A DNA stretch of 7,539 nt from Amoeboradix gromovi X-113 (taxonomy: Eukaryota; Fungi; Sanchytriomycota), in the NCBI GenBank assembly GCA_018985225.1, contig JADGIF010000502.1, forward strand, positions 1 through 7,539, written 5' to 3'. Under the pieces are notes generated by a model. The model searched no databases and was not told the DNA's origin. It saw only the letters and a list, made by a program, of their open reading frames with translations. This document shows positions 7,060 through 7,539 of the stretch, in pieces. Each line of letters begins with the position of its first letter. Positions within the stretch are counted from its first letter, which is position 1. A program made the translations under genes and the position numbers.

Positions 7060-7406
7060 ACAATTGCTATGCAAGCATATATCTCGATTTTAATTGATTG
7101 ACAATTTATCCCACTACATGAGAGTATCTCACACCGATACACTCTTTCTGAACTCTCCGAGTGCATGAAAACTCGATAATCTTTATTTTCGTTATTTGCA
7201 AACGGCTACAGGTCTCGCGATCCTAACCATGTCAATTACTAAGAAATCACTATTTGATACCTAATTTTATTTCAAGATTTAGGACTGGGTCTGAGAACGG
7301 AAAGATAAGATGCATTTTAGGTCTATTTTTAAGTCCTTGATGGAAAATATGGCAAAGAATCGTGCTACTGGAAGGACCTTCAGACGAAATTTAAGAGTAA
7401 AATGGG
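7060..7406. repeat. Diverged direct repeat, copy B (~340 bp)
   Basis: Collinear with 5290..5635. Example: AAGTCCTTGATGGAAAATATGGCAAAGAATCGTGCTAC vs AAGTCCTTGATAGACAATATGGCAAAGAATCATGCTAC. Confidence 0.8.
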
Positions 7407-7539
7407 ACACCAAATATAAAAACTAGACTAACTCGTTTTTAAAGGTGCTCCATACGGAGGAAATGCTATCATTAATAAAAGATCTTCTATTATACCAATT
7501 TTCTTTCATTGATTGTATTCCTATTTTTAAAATAAAACT

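Noticed and set aside
1-7539. Alternative genetic code (TAA/TAG read-through) or programmed frameshifting to explain the split genes
   Set aside because: The gene halves are in different frames, GT-AG introns with branch motifs explain both splits, and the WD40 gene ends at TAA where the family normally ends.

Overview
AT-rich, gene-dense eukaryotic DNA in the standard genetic code, most likely from a compact fungus-like or parasitic protist genome (taxon is inference). The left half holds two convergent genes that the ORF track splits: a PH-domain protein with a long disordered tail (456..3201, +) and a WDR61/Ski8-like WD40 protein (3246..4131, -). Each is interrupted by a single 19-nt GT-AG intron, and both introns have the same geometry (GTA-7nt-CTAAY-NTAG). 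The PH protein carries a ~24-25 aa periodic DPRY/YxxM repeat array. The right half is an accessory cluster of three small orphan genes, each with a very short hydrophobic leader ending LF[AS]-[IV]P. Two of them are diverged paralogs sharing a CGxxCK + hydrophobic-helix module, a similar upstream motif and a duplicated ~340-bp downstream block. All five genes have AATAAA fused to or directly after the stop codon. No rRNA, tRNA, CRISPR array or recognisable transposase was seen.
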